The notes under the pieces: generated by a model
What the model was told of the DNA's origin: nothing
Seen by the model: the letters and a program-made list of their open reading frames with translations, nothing else
Database searches by the model: none
Shown here: piece by piece, positions 53,623 through 62,896 of the stretch
Numbering within the stretch: position 1 is the stretch's first letter
Layout: the number at the start of each line of letters is the position of its first letter
Origin: Xanthobacteraceae bacterium
GTDB taxonomy: Bacteria > Pseudomonadota > Alphaproteobacteria > Rhizobiales > Xanthobacteraceae
DNA: 64,000 nucleotides
NCBI GenBank assembly: GCA_040510075.1
Contig: JBEVJT010000113.1
Location: forward strand, 1,552-65,551
Reading direction: 5' to 3'
Position numbers and translations under genes: made by a program

Positions 53623-54651
53623 TTGCGCTCGCCTCGATCGGACAATGGGCTCGCCTCGCCGATAGCACCGGTTGTCCTCGATTTTGACGACAATCGGCTC
53701 GCCTCCATGCTCTTTGGCCAATATGGCCAGAATCTTGCGCTCATCGAGCGAAGGCTCGGAGTCGTTGCCGAGCAGCGGGGCAATCATGTTGCGGTCGTAG
53801 GGCCGGAGGAAGGCGTGGCGCAGGCGCGCCGCGTGCTCGAGGGACTCTATGCGCGCCTGAAGCAGGGCGACGAACTCATCGCCGGGGATGTGGAAGGAGC
53901 CATTCGCCTTGCCATCGCACAAGGCTCGCTGTTCGACTACGAGCTGGACAGTGGCCAGGTAACTTTTGAGCAGATCAACCTGCGCAAGCGCCCGGTGCGG
54001 GCGCGTACCCCTGCGCAGGATGCCTACATACGAGCGCTGCGACGCGATGCGATGGTTTTTGGTATTGGCCCCGCCGGAACCGGCAAGACCTGGCTCGGGG
54101 TTGCGCATGCAGTGCAGCTGTTCGAACGCAAGGAGGTCGATCGCATCATTCTCTCGCGACCAGCCGTCGAAGCGGGCGAACGCCTGGGATTTCTGCCCGG
54201 CGATATGCGCGAGAAGGTCGACCCCTATTTGCGACCGATCTACGATGCACTCTACGATTTGATGGACGCGCGCATCATGCAGCGCGCGCTCGAAACCGGA
54301 GAAATCGAGATCGCGCCGCTCGCCTTCATGCGCGGTCGGACGCTCGCCAACTCGGTCGTGATCCTGGACGAAGCGCAGAATACCACGTCCATACAAATGA
54401 AGATGTTTCTCACGCGGCTGGGTGAGAACAGTCGCATGATTGTCACCGGCGATCCGAGCCAGGTCGATCTGCCGCCCGGGCAAATCTCTGGCCTCGCAGA
54501 AGCCACGCGTTTGCTCAAGAATGTTGAGGGGGTCGGCTTGATTGCCTTCACAGCCGCCGACGTCATTCGGCATGAACTGGTAGCGCGTATAGTCGAGGCG
54601 TATGACAAGGCTGGGCGGAAACCCGCCCATCTGCGCGAGCAGCACGAATGA
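53623..54651 (+). CDS. PhoH-family ATPase (YbeZ-like)
   Basis: TTG start after AGGAAGGA. Walker A GPAGTGKTWL and ILDEAQNTT. It lies between miaB and ybeY, as is usual. Confidence 0.92.
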   Translation: MRSPRSDNGLASPIAPVVLDFDDNRLASMLFGQYGQNLALIERRLGVVAEQRGNHVAVVGPEEGVAQARRVLEGLYARLKQGDELIAGDVEGAIRLAIAQGSLFDYELDSGQVTFEQINLRKRPVRARTPAQDAYIRALRRDAMVFGIGPAGTGKTWLGVAHAVQLFERKEVDRIILSRPAVEAGERLGFLPGDMREKVDPYLRPIYDALYDLMDARIMQRALETGEIEIAPLAFMRGRTLANSVVILDEAQNTTSIQMKMFLTRLGENSRMIVTGDPSQVDLPPGQISGLAEATRLLKNVEGVGLIAFTAADVIRHELVARIVEAYDKAGRKPAHLREQHE

Positions 54652-55229
54652 GCGTCGACTATTCCACGCCGGCCGTGGAGATGGGCATGCGTCCGAGGAC
54701 ACGAAAAAACCGTGCGCGGCCGCCGCTGCGCCTCTCCAAAAGCCAGCTAAGCGTGGAAATTCTCGTGCAATCACCCGTGTGGAACACGCACCGGAACGCG
54801 AAATCAGCCGTGCGGAGGATCCTGGCTGAGGCGGCCGCGGCGACGGCAACGACTGCGGGCGAGCTCGCGGTGGTGCTCACAAGCGATCTGGCTATCCGCG
54901 AGCTCAACCGCAGATGGCGAGGCAAAAACGTGCCGACCAACGTGCTCTCGTTTCCAACTCAGGATACTGCGCCTGCCACAAACTCTCCTCGCCTCCTTGG
55001 TGATGTCGTGATCGCATATGAAACTTGCGACCGCGAAGCGCGCGCGCAGCATGTATCGTTCATGGATCATCTGGGGCATCTGGCCCTGCACGGCTTCCTC
55101 CATCTCCTAGGCTATGATCATGTAGCGGCCCACGAAGCCCAGAGGATGGAAGCGCTCGAAGCAGCTATCCTCGCGCGGCTTCACATTGCGAACCCCTATC
55201 CGGGAAGCCAGGCTGCCGCCGAGGCGTGA
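54648..55229 (+). CDS. ybeY: rRNA maturation endoribonuclease YbeY
   Basis: Zinc motif HLALHGFLHLLGYDH and NVLSFP. The ATG overlaps the phoH stop (ATGA). The N-terminal extension is of uncertain length. Confidence 0.9.
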   Translation: MSVDYSTPAVEMGMRPRTRKNRARPPLRLSKSQLSVEILVQSPVWNTHRNAKSAVRRILAEAAAATATTAGELAVVLTSDLAIRELNRRWRGKNVPTNVLSFPTQDTAPATNSPRLLGDVVIAYETCDREARAQHVSFMDHLGHLALHGFLHLLGYDHVAAHEAQRMEALEAAILARLHIANPYPGSQAAAEA

Positions 55230-56392
55230 TCTCCATGTCCGCTTCAGACGCACCACCTTCACCCGAACCGACGCGCAACCTGCCCGTCCCGGTGCGCTGG
55301 CAGCCGGATGCGCGCGAAGTCGGCGAGAGCTGGTTCGGTCGCGCCCTGCGCACGTTGTTCGGATGGCGTGCGAACACCATTCGCGCCGACCTGAAGGACG
55401 TGCTCGAAGATGGTGGCGGGGAGGCGGATTTTTCGCCGACCGAGCGCAGGATGCTCAAAAACATTCTTGCGCTGCGGGAGCGGCGGATCGCCGACGTGAT
55501 GGTGCCGCGTGCTGATATCGTAGCCGTGCAACGCGAAATTTCGCTCGGCGAGCTCATGAAAGTATTTGAGAGTGCCGCCCATTCGCGCCTCGTGGTCTAC
55601 GAGGAAACCCTCGATGACGCCGTGGGCATGGTTCACATCCGCGATCTCGTCGCGTTCATGACCATGCGCGCTGCCGCGAGCGCCAAGAGCAACACGCGCC
55701 GCAAAAAACCGTTTCCTGCGGGGCTCGATCTCAAGGCAGTCGATCTTTCCATGCCGCTTTCCTCAGCGTCCATTATTCGTGAAATTCTCTACGGGCCACC
55801 CTCGATGCCGGTGCTCGATCTGCTTGCGAAAATGCAAACCACACGCATCCATCTGGCCATCGTCATTGACGAATACGGGGGTGCCGACGGCGTTGTTTCG
55901 ATCGAGGACATCGTCGAGCAGATCGTCGGTGAGATCGGGGACGAGCATGACGAGGAGATTGAGCCCAGCGTTGTTCGCCAGCCCGATGGGTCCTTCCTGG
56001 CCGATGCTCGCGCGCCGCTCGAAGATGTCAGCGCGATCATTGGCCCCGAATTTGACGTCGGGGAGGATGCGAAAGATGTGGACACTCTGGCCGGTTACGT
56101 GGTGAGCAGGGTGGGGCGCGTCCCCGTAAGGGGAGAGCTGGTCCCCGGACCGGGGCCGTTCGAAGTCGAAATACTGGATGCCGATCCGCGACGGCTGAAA
56201 AAGCTGCGCATCTATCGCAGTCTTGATAAGCAGAACGGAAAGCGTCCCGAAGAAGTGCGGCCGCTCGAAAACGCCAGAGCAAAAACCAGCTCCGGCGCTG
56301 ACGGTGCGCCGGATTCGACCGGGTCGTCCCAGCCGGAAGCCTTCAAATTCTCCACCGACACGGGATCCACGAAATCCGTTCGCAGACCTTAG
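55226..56392 (+). CDS. HlyC/CorC-family transporter-associated protein (CBS pair plus CorC_HlyC domain)
   Basis: 388 aa with a CBS region (IADVMVPRADIVAV...), IDEYGGADGVVSIEDIVEQIVGEI and a low-complexity C-terminal tail. The GTG at 55226 overlaps the ybeY stop; an ATG at 55235 is an alternative. Confidence 0.88.
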   Translation: MISMSASDAPPSPEPTRNLPVPVRWQPDAREVGESWFGRALRTLFGWRANTIRADLKDVLEDGGGEADFSPTERRMLKNILALRERRIADVMVPRADIVAVQREISLGELMKVFESAAHSRLVVYEETLDDAVGMVHIRDLVAFMTMRAAASAKSNTRRKKPFPAGLDLKAVDLSMPLSSASIIREILYGPPSMPVLDLLAKMQTTRIHLAIVIDEYGGADGVVSIEDIVEQIVGEIGDEHDEEIEPSVVRQPDGSFLADARAPLEDVSAIIGPEFDVGEDAKDVDTLAGYVVSRVGRVPVRGELVPGPGPFEVEILDADPRRLKKLRIYRSLDKQNGKRPEEVRPLENARAKTSSGADGAPDSTGSSQPEAFKFSTDTGSTKSVRRP

Positions 56393-56394
56393 TT

Positions 56395-58053
56395 TTGTCG
56401 CGCGTCGCCCAACGCATCACGCTCGCATGGGGCTGGCGGCGCATCGGCATCGCTTTCCTCGCCGGAGCGGTCTCGACGCTCGCACTGCCGCCCACAAACA
56501 TTTGGCCGATCCCGTTCATCACCTTTCCGATCCTGGTCTGGCTCGTGGATGGCGCCGCCATCGGGTGGGGTGGTCCAGTCTTGTCCGCAGCGATTCTCGG
56601 CTGGTGGTTTGGCTTTGGTTATTTCCTGGCAGGGCTTTACTGGATCGGTCACGCGTTTTTGGTCGACGCCAAGACCTTCGGGTGGCTGCTGCCATTGGCG
56701 GTCACCGCACTGCCGGCCGGCATGGCGATTTACACCGCGCTTGGTGTCGCTCTGGCGCGACTGCTTTGGACGCGCGGCGCCTGGCGCATAGTCGCGCTGG
56801 CGCTCGCACTCACGGTGACCGAGTGGTTGCGCGGACATCTGTTCAGCGGATTTCCCTGGAATACGTTCGGCTATTTGCTGGTGTCGCCGTTGTGGCTCGC
56901 GCAAGGAGCAGCGCTGGTCGGCATCTGGGGGATGACCTTCGCTGCTATCGTAATTTATTCGTTGCCTGCCGTACTTACCGACGACGCGGCCGATATCAAG
57001 CGGCCGTGGTTTGCGCTTGCATCGGGTGCGGCTGTGCTCGTTGTGTTAGCCACTTTCGGCGCGGTGCGGCTCGCGCGAGCACCCACGCAGTACCGGGATG
57101 GAGTTCGGCTGCGCGTCATGCAGCCCAATCTGCCGCAAGATGCGAAATTCAACTATGCCCAAAAACAGCAGGTGATGAGCCAGTATCTGACGCTCTCCGA
57201 CCGGCCGACGGGGCCCGGATCCACGGGCCTGCGCGACGTCACGCATCTCATTTGGCCCGAATCCGCCTTCCCGTTCTTTCTGACCCACGAGCCTGACGTG
57301 CTCGCGCAGATCACTGCCTTGCTGCGGCCCGGAACGGTGTTGATCACGGGCGGCATCCGCCCGCCCGAGGGCAACTCCGATGCAGCGATCACCCGCGCCT
57401 ATAATTCCATCTATGTCATAGGGTCCGACGGATCAATTCTTTCGGTGTACGACAAGGTACATCTCGTTCCGTTCGGCGAATATCTTCCTTTTCAGGGCGC
57501 ACTCGAACGGCTTGGGTTTCGCCAGCTCACGAAGCGCCGCGGCGGCTTCCTGGCAGGAGATCGGCGTCGCAATCAGCGCCTGCCCGGCGCGCCGGATTTC
57601 CTGCCGCTGATTTGTTACGAGATTATTTTTCCTGGAGATGCGGTTCCCCGCAGCGATCGCCCGGGTTGGGCTTACACGCAGCTCGGGCACTATCTCGGCT
57701 GGCCATTCGTTGCCGGCACCGGCCAACGCCCCGGCTGGATGCTCAATCTTACCAATGACGGCTGGTTCGGATTCAGCACCGGACCGTATCAACACTTTCA
57801 GCAGGCGCGGATCCGCGCCATCGAGGAAGGGCTGCCGCTGGTTCGAGCGGCGAATACCGGCATTTCCGCAGTGATCGATCCGCTCGGCCGCATCGTCAAT
57901 TCACTGCCGCTTGGCGCCGAAGGCGTGCTCGATGCGTCGTTGCCGCGGCCTATTGCCCGCACCCCTTACGCGCGCGCGGGGGATGGGGTCCTGGGGGTGA
58001 TCCTCGCCTTCGCGTTCGCGCTGGTCCTGCGGGCGCGAAAACGACAGGCTTGA
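56395..58053 (+). CDS. lnt: Apolipoprotein N-acyltransferase
   Basis: 552 aa with a multi-TM N-terminal half and a CN-hydrolase domain (LIWPESAFPF, YDKVHLVPFGEYLP, ICYEIIFP). Confidence 0.93.
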   Translation: MSRVAQRITLAWGWRRIGIAFLAGAVSTLALPPTNIWPIPFITFPILVWLVDGAAIGWGGPVLSAAILGWWFGFGYFLAGLYWIGHAFLVDAKTFGWLLPLAVTALPAGMAIYTALGVALARLLWTRGAWRIVALALALTVTEWLRGHLFSGFPWNTFGYLLVSPLWLAQGAALVGIWGMTFAAIVIYSLPAVLTDDAADIKRPWFALASGAAVLVVLATFGAVRLARAPTQYRDGVRLRVMQPNLPQDAKFNYAQKQQVMSQYLTLSDRPTGPGSTGLRDVTHLIWPESAFPFFLTHEPDVLAQITALLRPGTVLITGGIRPPEGNSDAAITRAYNSIYVIGSDGSILSVYDKVHLVPFGEYLPFQGALERLGFRQLTKRRGGFLAGDRRRNQRLPGAPDFLPLICYEIIFPGDAVPRSDRPGWAYTQLGHYLGWPFVAGTGQRPGWMLNLTNDGWFGFSTGPYQHFQQARIRAIEEGLPLVRAANTGISAVIDPLGRIVNSLPLGAEGVLDASLPRPIARTPYARAGDGVLGVILAFAFALVLRARKRQA

Positions 58054-58182
58054 GGCCTGCGAACAGAGAACGCGCTCGCAGACAGCGCAGTGGGGGGTGC
58101 TACCATTTGGCGCCGGTCGCGCAGATTGCATTCTGGCGCGAAGCATGAAAACTCGCTGGAAGCGTGTGTGCCGGAGACAAGG

Positions 58183-58587
58183 ATGGCGAAGAAGGCCCCC
58201 AATCCCGTTGACAAGCACGTCGGCAGCCGCGTGCGCATGCGACGCATGATGGTGGGTATGAGTCAGGAAAGGCTCGGAGACGCGCTCGGTCTCACGTTTC
58301 AACAAGTGCAAAAATATGAAAAAGGCACCAATCGAATCGGAGCTTCCCGTCTGCAGCAAATCGCGCAGGTTCTGCAGGTGCCGGTCGCTTTCTTCTTCGA
58401 GGACGCACCCCGCCAGGAACGGCTTGAGGAACTGAGGGATGCACCCTCTACCACCTACGTTTCCGAGTTTCTTGCCTCCAGCGAAGGTCTTTCGTTGACC
58501 AGGGCCTTCATGCGCATTCAGGAGCCCAAGCTCAGGCGCCGCATCGTGGATCTGGTCGAAACCATTGCCGGACAACGCGAACGATAG
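58183..58587 (+). CDS. XRE-family helix-turn-helix transcriptional regulator
   Basis: The ATG at 58183 follows GGAGACAAGG. HTH region VGSRVRMRRMMVGMSQERLGDALGLTFQQVQKYEKGTNRIGASRLQQIA. Confidence 0.88.
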   Translation: MAKKAPNPVDKHVGSRVRMRRMMVGMSQERLGDALGLTFQQVQKYEKGTNRIGASRLQQIAQVLQVPVAFFFEDAPRQERLEELRDAPSTTYVSEFLASSEGLSLTRAFMRIQEPKLRRRIVDLVETIAGQRER

Positions 58588-58800
58588 TTTGTTTCGGCGA
58601 GTACAAGGTCAACCTGTGTTCCTGCGGCAATGCACGGCCGCAATGCCTTGACCGAACAGTGCGCTGCTGCAACAAAGGCGCGTCCACTTCGCTCAGTTCG
58701 GAAATACCTTTGCGCCTCGGCTAACTACAGTACCGCGGCATTCCGGCTGCGAATGTAAGAGGCGCAGAAGCGGCTGACCTGATCAGGGGGAGACATTTCA

Positions 58801-60075
58801 GTGTGGCGCGGCAAGTACCTATTCACCAGCGAGTCGGTTTCGGAAGGTCATCCTGACAAGGTCTGTGATCAGATTTCCGACGCTATCCTGGATGCATTCA
58901 TCGAAAACGATCTGAAACTGGGCATTGCCGACGACAGCAAGGCGAACACCCGGCTTGGGTGTGAGACGCTGTGCACGACCAACAAGATCGTGATCGCCGG
59001 CGAAGGCCGCGGGCAACCGCCCCTGTTTCACAAACACGGCAAGCATGCGGTCGTCAATCGCGAAATGATCGTGCAAATTGCGCGCGGCGTCGTGCGCGAT
59101 ATCGGCTACGACCAGGAGGGTTTCTCTTATGGCGGCGCCGACATCGAGGTTCTTTTGCACGGGCAATCTCCGGACATCGCCATGGGCGTCGATGCCAAGA
59201 AGAAGAACGGCGTCGAACAGGAAGGCGCCGGCGACCAAGGAATGATGTTCGGTTATGCCTGCACCGAAAGCGAGGTCTACGAGAAGGGCTCTTTCATGCC
59301 CGCGCCCATCTATTTCGCGCACAGAATCCTGAGGGCGCTCGCGGAAAAACGCCGTTCACAGCAGCTTTTCGATCTCCAACCGGACGCCAAGAGCCAGGTC
59401 ACCGTGCAATACGTCGACGGCCGGCCGATCGGCTGCACCAAGGTTGTGGTATCTACACAGCACAATGCGCGTACGCGCAACGGCAAGAAATACACGCCGA
59501 ACATGGTGCGCGACATGATTGGCGATACGATCGCGTCCGCATTGCCGGAGGGCTGGATGCCCAAAAAGGCCTCGGATTTTCTGGTCAATCCGACCGGGAA
59601 TTTCGTTGTCGGAGGTCCGGATGGCGACTGTGGACTGACCGGCCGCAAAATCATTGTCGACAGCTATGGCGGCTACGCACCGCATGGCGGAGGGGCGTTT
59701 TCCGGAAAAGACCCGACCAAGGTGGACCGCTCCGCCGCCTATGCGGCGCGTTATGTGGCGAAGAATGTCGTTGCGGCAGGTCTCGCCGAACGCTGCACTA
59801 TTCAGATCGCCTATGCGATCGGGGTAGCGGATCCGATGTCGCTTCTTGTCGACATGCATGGCACCGGAACAGTCGATGAGCGGAAGGTGCAGAAAGTATT
59901 GCCGGAAATCTTCCCCCTGCGGCCGACGAGCATCCGGCGTGCGCTCAAGCTGTCGCGGCCGATCTACCGGCGCACCGCTGCCTACGGCCATTTCGGCCGT
60001 GCGCCGGAAAAGGACGGCGGCTTCTCGTGGGAGAAGACTGATCTTGCGGATAATCTCAAACGGGCGCTGCTCTGA
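58801..60075 (+). CDS. metK: S-adenosylmethionine synthase
   Basis: GTG start after [39 protein letters not shown] and [19 protein letters not shown]. Confidence 0.96.
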   Translation: MWRGKYLFTSESVSEGHPDKVCDQISDAILDAFIENDLKLGIADDSKANTRLGCETLCTTNKIVIAGEGRGQPPLFHKHGKHAVVNREMIVQIARGVVRDIGYDQEGFSYGGADIEVLLHGQSPDIAMGVDAKKKNGVEQEGAGDQGMMFGYACTESEVYEKGSFMPAPIYFAHRILRALAEKRRSQQLFDLQPDAKSQVTVQYVDGRPIGCTKVVVSTQHNARTRNGKKYTPNMVRDMIGDTIASALPEGWMPKKASDFLVNPTGNFVVGGPDGDCGLTGRKIIVDSYGGYAPHGGGAFSGKDPTKVDRSAAYAARYVAKNVVAAGLAERCTIQIAYAIGVADPMSLLVDMHGTGTVDERKVQKVLPEIFPLRPTSIRRALKLSRPIYRRTAAYGHFGRAPEKDGGFSWEKTDLADNLKRALL

Positions 60076-60137
60076 AGGTTGCCCGCCAAACGGCCCACGA
60101 TGTCGATGTCGCTAGCGCGCTTCGAAATTGCCGGTCG

Positions 60138-60851
60138 ATGCGCCACACATGCCACATGCCACATGCGCAGGAGCCCGGGCGCGCCTTCTTCGGCAGGCGC
60201 GTTGCTCGTGGACTAAAGCCCAGACAGCAGCTCCTGCTTGCTACCGTCCTGCCGCAGCTGCGTCTGGACCTTGCTGCGCTTCCCCGGGATCTTCGTTCCT
60301 TGTATCCGCAGCCGGTTTGCGAGGTTCGCCTCGAAGTCGGGTTCGGCGGCGGCGAACATCTCATTGCCGAAGCAAAAGCAAATCCGGAAACCGGGTTCAT
60401 AGGAGTTGAGCCTTTCGTCAACGGCATGGCCAAGGCACTCGCGGCCATAACTGCAGAGAACATCGCAAATATCAGGCTTCATTCCGGAGACGCCTGGGAA
60501 CTGTTGCCCCGCATCGCACAGGAAGCGCTGGCGCGGGTCGATCTCATTCAGCCTGATCCATGGCCCAAGCGCCGCCACTGGAAACGACGGTTCATTCAGG
60601 AGCATACGATTGCCGAGATAGGGCGCGTTCTGCGCCCCGGCGGCGAATTCCGTGTCACCACCGATGTCGCCGATTACGCGGCATGGACGTTCAAGCACAT
60701 ACTTCGCTCGGAGCTCTTCGAGTGGACGGCCGAGCGCGCGAACGACTGGCGCTGTCCGTGGAGCGGGTTTCCCGGCACGCGCTATGAGGCGAAGGCGAGG
60801 CGCCAAGGCCGGGAGCCATGCTACCTGATTTTCCGCAAAAGGCCCGTCTGA
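60138..60851 (+). CDS. trmB: tRNA (guanine46-N7)-methyltransferase
   Basis: LEVGFGGGEHLIAEAKANPETGFIGVEPF, DPWPKRRHWKRR and RTRYEAKA-like GTRYEAKARRQG. An alternative in-frame ATG lies at 60156. Confidence 0.9.
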   Translation: MRHTCHMPHAQEPGRAFFGRRVARGLKPRQQLLLATVLPQLRLDLAALPRDLRSLYPQPVCEVRLEVGFGGGEHLIAEAKANPETGFIGVEPFVNGMAKALAAITAENIANIRLHSGDAWELLPRIAQEALARVDLIQPDPWPKRRHWKRRFIQEHTIAEIGRVLRPGGEFRVTTDVADYAAWTFKHILRSELFEWTAERANDWRCPWSGFPGTRYEAKARRQGREPCYLIFRKRPV

Positions 60852-60853
60852 GA

Positions 60854-61984
60854 TCAGCGCGCGGCGCCGCTCGGCTGCCAGTGCTGCACCTGCCAGAAGC
60901 GCATCACCCGTTGCGCGGTCATGGGCGAAAGCCGCTCGAAATTCGCGTAGGCAAGATCGAGCGTTTCTCCTGAAATCCTCGCGCTGTTCGGCAATGCATT
61001 CGCTAGCGCCCGCACAGTCTGCCAGCTCCATCCGGCCGCTTTGCAGATGATCAGAACGGGATCGAGGCGGTCGGCACGGAAAATTCGATCCACCACGTCG
61101 ACCGGTACTGCGCACAACAATGCAACACCCGCGACAGCATCCTCAGTTTGCCCCGCGGTGGCGAACTCTGCGACTTGGCGCTCATCGAGCGCGCCCTTTT
61201 GGTGCAGGGCGAAAACCGTCGTTTGCGCCGCCGCATAGTCGCGGGGCGGCGGCGTCTCACCCCTGAATTCCTGCACAATTTGGCGCAGTGCCGTGTGCAT
61301 GCCCGCGCTGTTCGCCCGCAAGTGCTCGCGCACCGTCTCGCTTGCATGAACGAGAAGGTCTCGAAACAGCTGAGGCGGAAAATCAGCGCGTCGCGCAAGC
61401 GCGGCTGCGAGTTCTGCATCCAGGCGGGCGGTCTCGACAAGCGCCGCAAATCCCTCTGGCGACACGCGCGCGCTGCCATTGCCAACGAGCTTGCACAGGA
61501 CCTCCTGATTTCCCCGACGAACCAAAATGTCTGTGACCGCTTCCGCTATATCCTGGCGCGCCGAAAGCGCGAGCAGGTGTTGCTGGGACTTCTGTCGGGC
61601 AATATTCGCGAGGTCAGGCGGCTCGAACCGGGTGGAGTGCTCAAGCGCTGGCCCCGCCACGGCGATGTCATCGTCCATGGCAAGGTGCATCATGACCCCG
61701 GCAGGCGCGTTGCCGATGGGAGCGAGCAGGCGCGAAAGCTCAATTCGCGCTGTTCGATCTACGAAACCAAGAAGCCTCTCGAAGACTTGCCCGAACAGCC
61801 GGATATGCTCGCCGTTGAGGCGGGATGCTTTCTCGCGAAAAAGCCCGGCGACGCCGGAAAGGGCTTCGGCTCGCCGCGGGGCAGAGCCGTTTTCGAGCAC
61901 CTGATCCAGCTCCGGCAAGAGCAAGGCGGGCAATGACATTCGGAATCCATCCGGCGGCAAATCGGTCGCGTAAGGCGCCAGCAT
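60854..61984 (-). CDS. DUF2336-like protein
   Basis: 376 aa, all-helical and repeat-like (…ARIELSRLLAPIGNAPAGVMMHLAMDDDIAVAGPALEHS…). It matches my recollection of the alphaproteobacterial DUF2336 family. Confidence 0.65.
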   Translation of the reverse strand: MLAPYATDLPPDGFRMSLPALLLPELDQVLENGSAPRRAEALSGVAGLFREKASRLNGEHIRLFGQVFERLLGFVDRTARIELSRLLAPIGNAPAGVMMHLAMDDDIAVAGPALEHSTRFEPPDLANIARQKSQQHLLALSARQDIAEAVTDILVRRGNQEVLCKLVGNGSARVSPEGFAALVETARLDAELAAALARRADFPPQLFRDLLVHASETVREHLRANSAGMHTALRQIVQEFRGETPPPRDYAAAQTTVFALHQKGALDERQVAEFATAGQTEDAVAGVALLCAVPVDVVDRIFRADRLDPVLIICKAAGWSWQTVRALANALPNSARISGETLDLAYANFERLSPMTAQRVMRFWQVQHWQPSGAAR

Positions 61985-62039
61985 GAAAGGTAGGGCTCGA
62001 ATCTGAAGGAATGGTTGCCAAAATCCTACCGGCTCTCCC

Positions 62040-62067
62040 CTTGCGCGTGCCGCGGAAAGGGCTATAT
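62040..62067 (+). promoter_or_regulatory. Putative promoter of the rimP-nusA operon
   Basis: CTTGCG (62040-62045), a 16-nt spacer, then CTATAT (62062-67). This is close to the alphaproteobacterial CTTGAC-N16/17-CTATAT consensus. Sequence match only. Confidence 0.45.
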
Positions 62068-62127
62068 TTCCAGCATCCAGCTTATGGATATCTCATAACG
62101 ATCGGATCTGATCCGGTTGGCCTTTGA

Positions 62128-62157
62128 GAGTGGGTTCCCCGGGACCCGCTCTTTTTT
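62128..62157 (+). terminator. Leader terminator/attenuator upstream of rimP
   Basis: 8-bp stem gagtgggt/acccgctc (one G-U pair) with an 8-nt loop, followed by TTTTTT (62152-62157). It lies about 55 nt after the putative promoter and 77 nt before the rimP ATG. Confidence 0.6.
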
Positions 62158-62233
62158 GTTACCCGATCACAAGAGGCGCGGATCGGGCCGCCGCAACAAC
62201 GGCAAAACACGCGCGAAGAGATCGACATTCGGT

Positions 62234-62893
62234 ATGTTGCAGCCAGAGAAGGATCGGCGGCTCATACGGGAGCAGGGTGTAGCGGCGCGGATTGCGTCCA
62301 TCGTGGAGCCTGTGCTCGCGGGGATGGAATACCGCCTTGTCCGGGTAACTGTTTCGGGAGCGGATGGGTGCACCGTCCAGCTGATGGCGGAGCGGCCGGA
62401 CGGGAGCATGACAGTCGAAGACTGCGAGGCGGTGTCGCGGGCGGTTTCACCGGTTCTGGACGTTGCCGACCCGATCGATCATGCCTATCGACTCGAAGTG
62501 TCATCCCCCGGAATGGATCGACCCCTGGTGCGAAGCTCTGATTTCGAGCGGTATGCCGGCCACCGGGTGAAGGTGGAACTCGGCGCGCCGCTTGCCGGCC
62601 GCCGGCGCTTCAAGGGCACGCTACTGGGCCTGGAAAGGTCCTGCGTGCGCATCCGGCCGGACGACGGCAGGGGGGCTGGAGCGGAGGACGTGGTTCTGCC
62701 AATTGACGACGTTGCGGAAGCCAAGCTCGTGCTCACGGATACTCTGATTGCCGAGGCGCTCAAGCGCCGCAAGGCAGCGGAACGCGCGGCGCAACGTGGA
62801 GATTCGAGCCGCGGCTCCGAATTGGATGCAGATGATGGAATTTCGCAAAACCAAGCTCGACGCCAGCGCGGAAGTGACCACAAGGGAGAATGA
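62234..62893 (+). CDS. rimP: Ribosome maturation factor RimP
   Basis: Start at the ATG at 62234 ([28 protein letters not shown]), with [11 protein letters not shown]. It is followed 4 nt later by nusA. Confidence 0.9.
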   Translation: MLQPEKDRRLIREQGVAARIASIVEPVLAGMEYRLVRVTVSGADGCTVQLMAERPDGSMTVEDCEAVSRAVSPVLDVADPIDHAYRLEVSSPGMDRPLVRSSDFERYAGHRVKVELGAPLAGRRRFKGTLLGLERSCVRIRPDDGRGAGAEDVVLPIDDVAEAKLVLTDTLIAEALKRRKAAERAAQRGDSSRGSELDADDGISQNQARRQRGSDHKGE

Positions 62894-62896
62894 GCT

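Noticed and set aside
53185-54849. 554-aa minus-strand ORF antisense to miaB/phoH/ybeY. Similar long antisense or alternate-frame ORFs occur at 44666..45991, 36171..37160, 38005..39051, 46271..47488, 56223..57296 and 26757..28040
   Set aside because: All lie opposite to or out of frame with genes identified by strong motifs. None has a start context or a recognisable domain. They are high-GC artefacts.
58588-58800. 213-nt metK leader examined for a SAM riboswitch (SAM-II, SAM-V or SAM/SAH types known in alphaproteobacteria)
   Set aside because: Some pairings exist (caaagg/cctttg at 58672/58707; tgcgcctc/gaggcgca at 58711/58759). I could not recognise the SAM-II pseudoknot signature (U-rich loop plus AAAGCU tail) or any other class by eye. 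cmscan against RF00521, RF01826 and the SAM/SAH model would decide.
60147-60167. Three tandem heptamers ACATGC(C/G) at the 5' end of trmB, each containing an ATG
   Set aside because: Only three copies are present. One of the ATGs (60156) is simply an in-frame alternative start. This is too short for credible slipped-strand phase variation, and trmB is a housekeeping gene.
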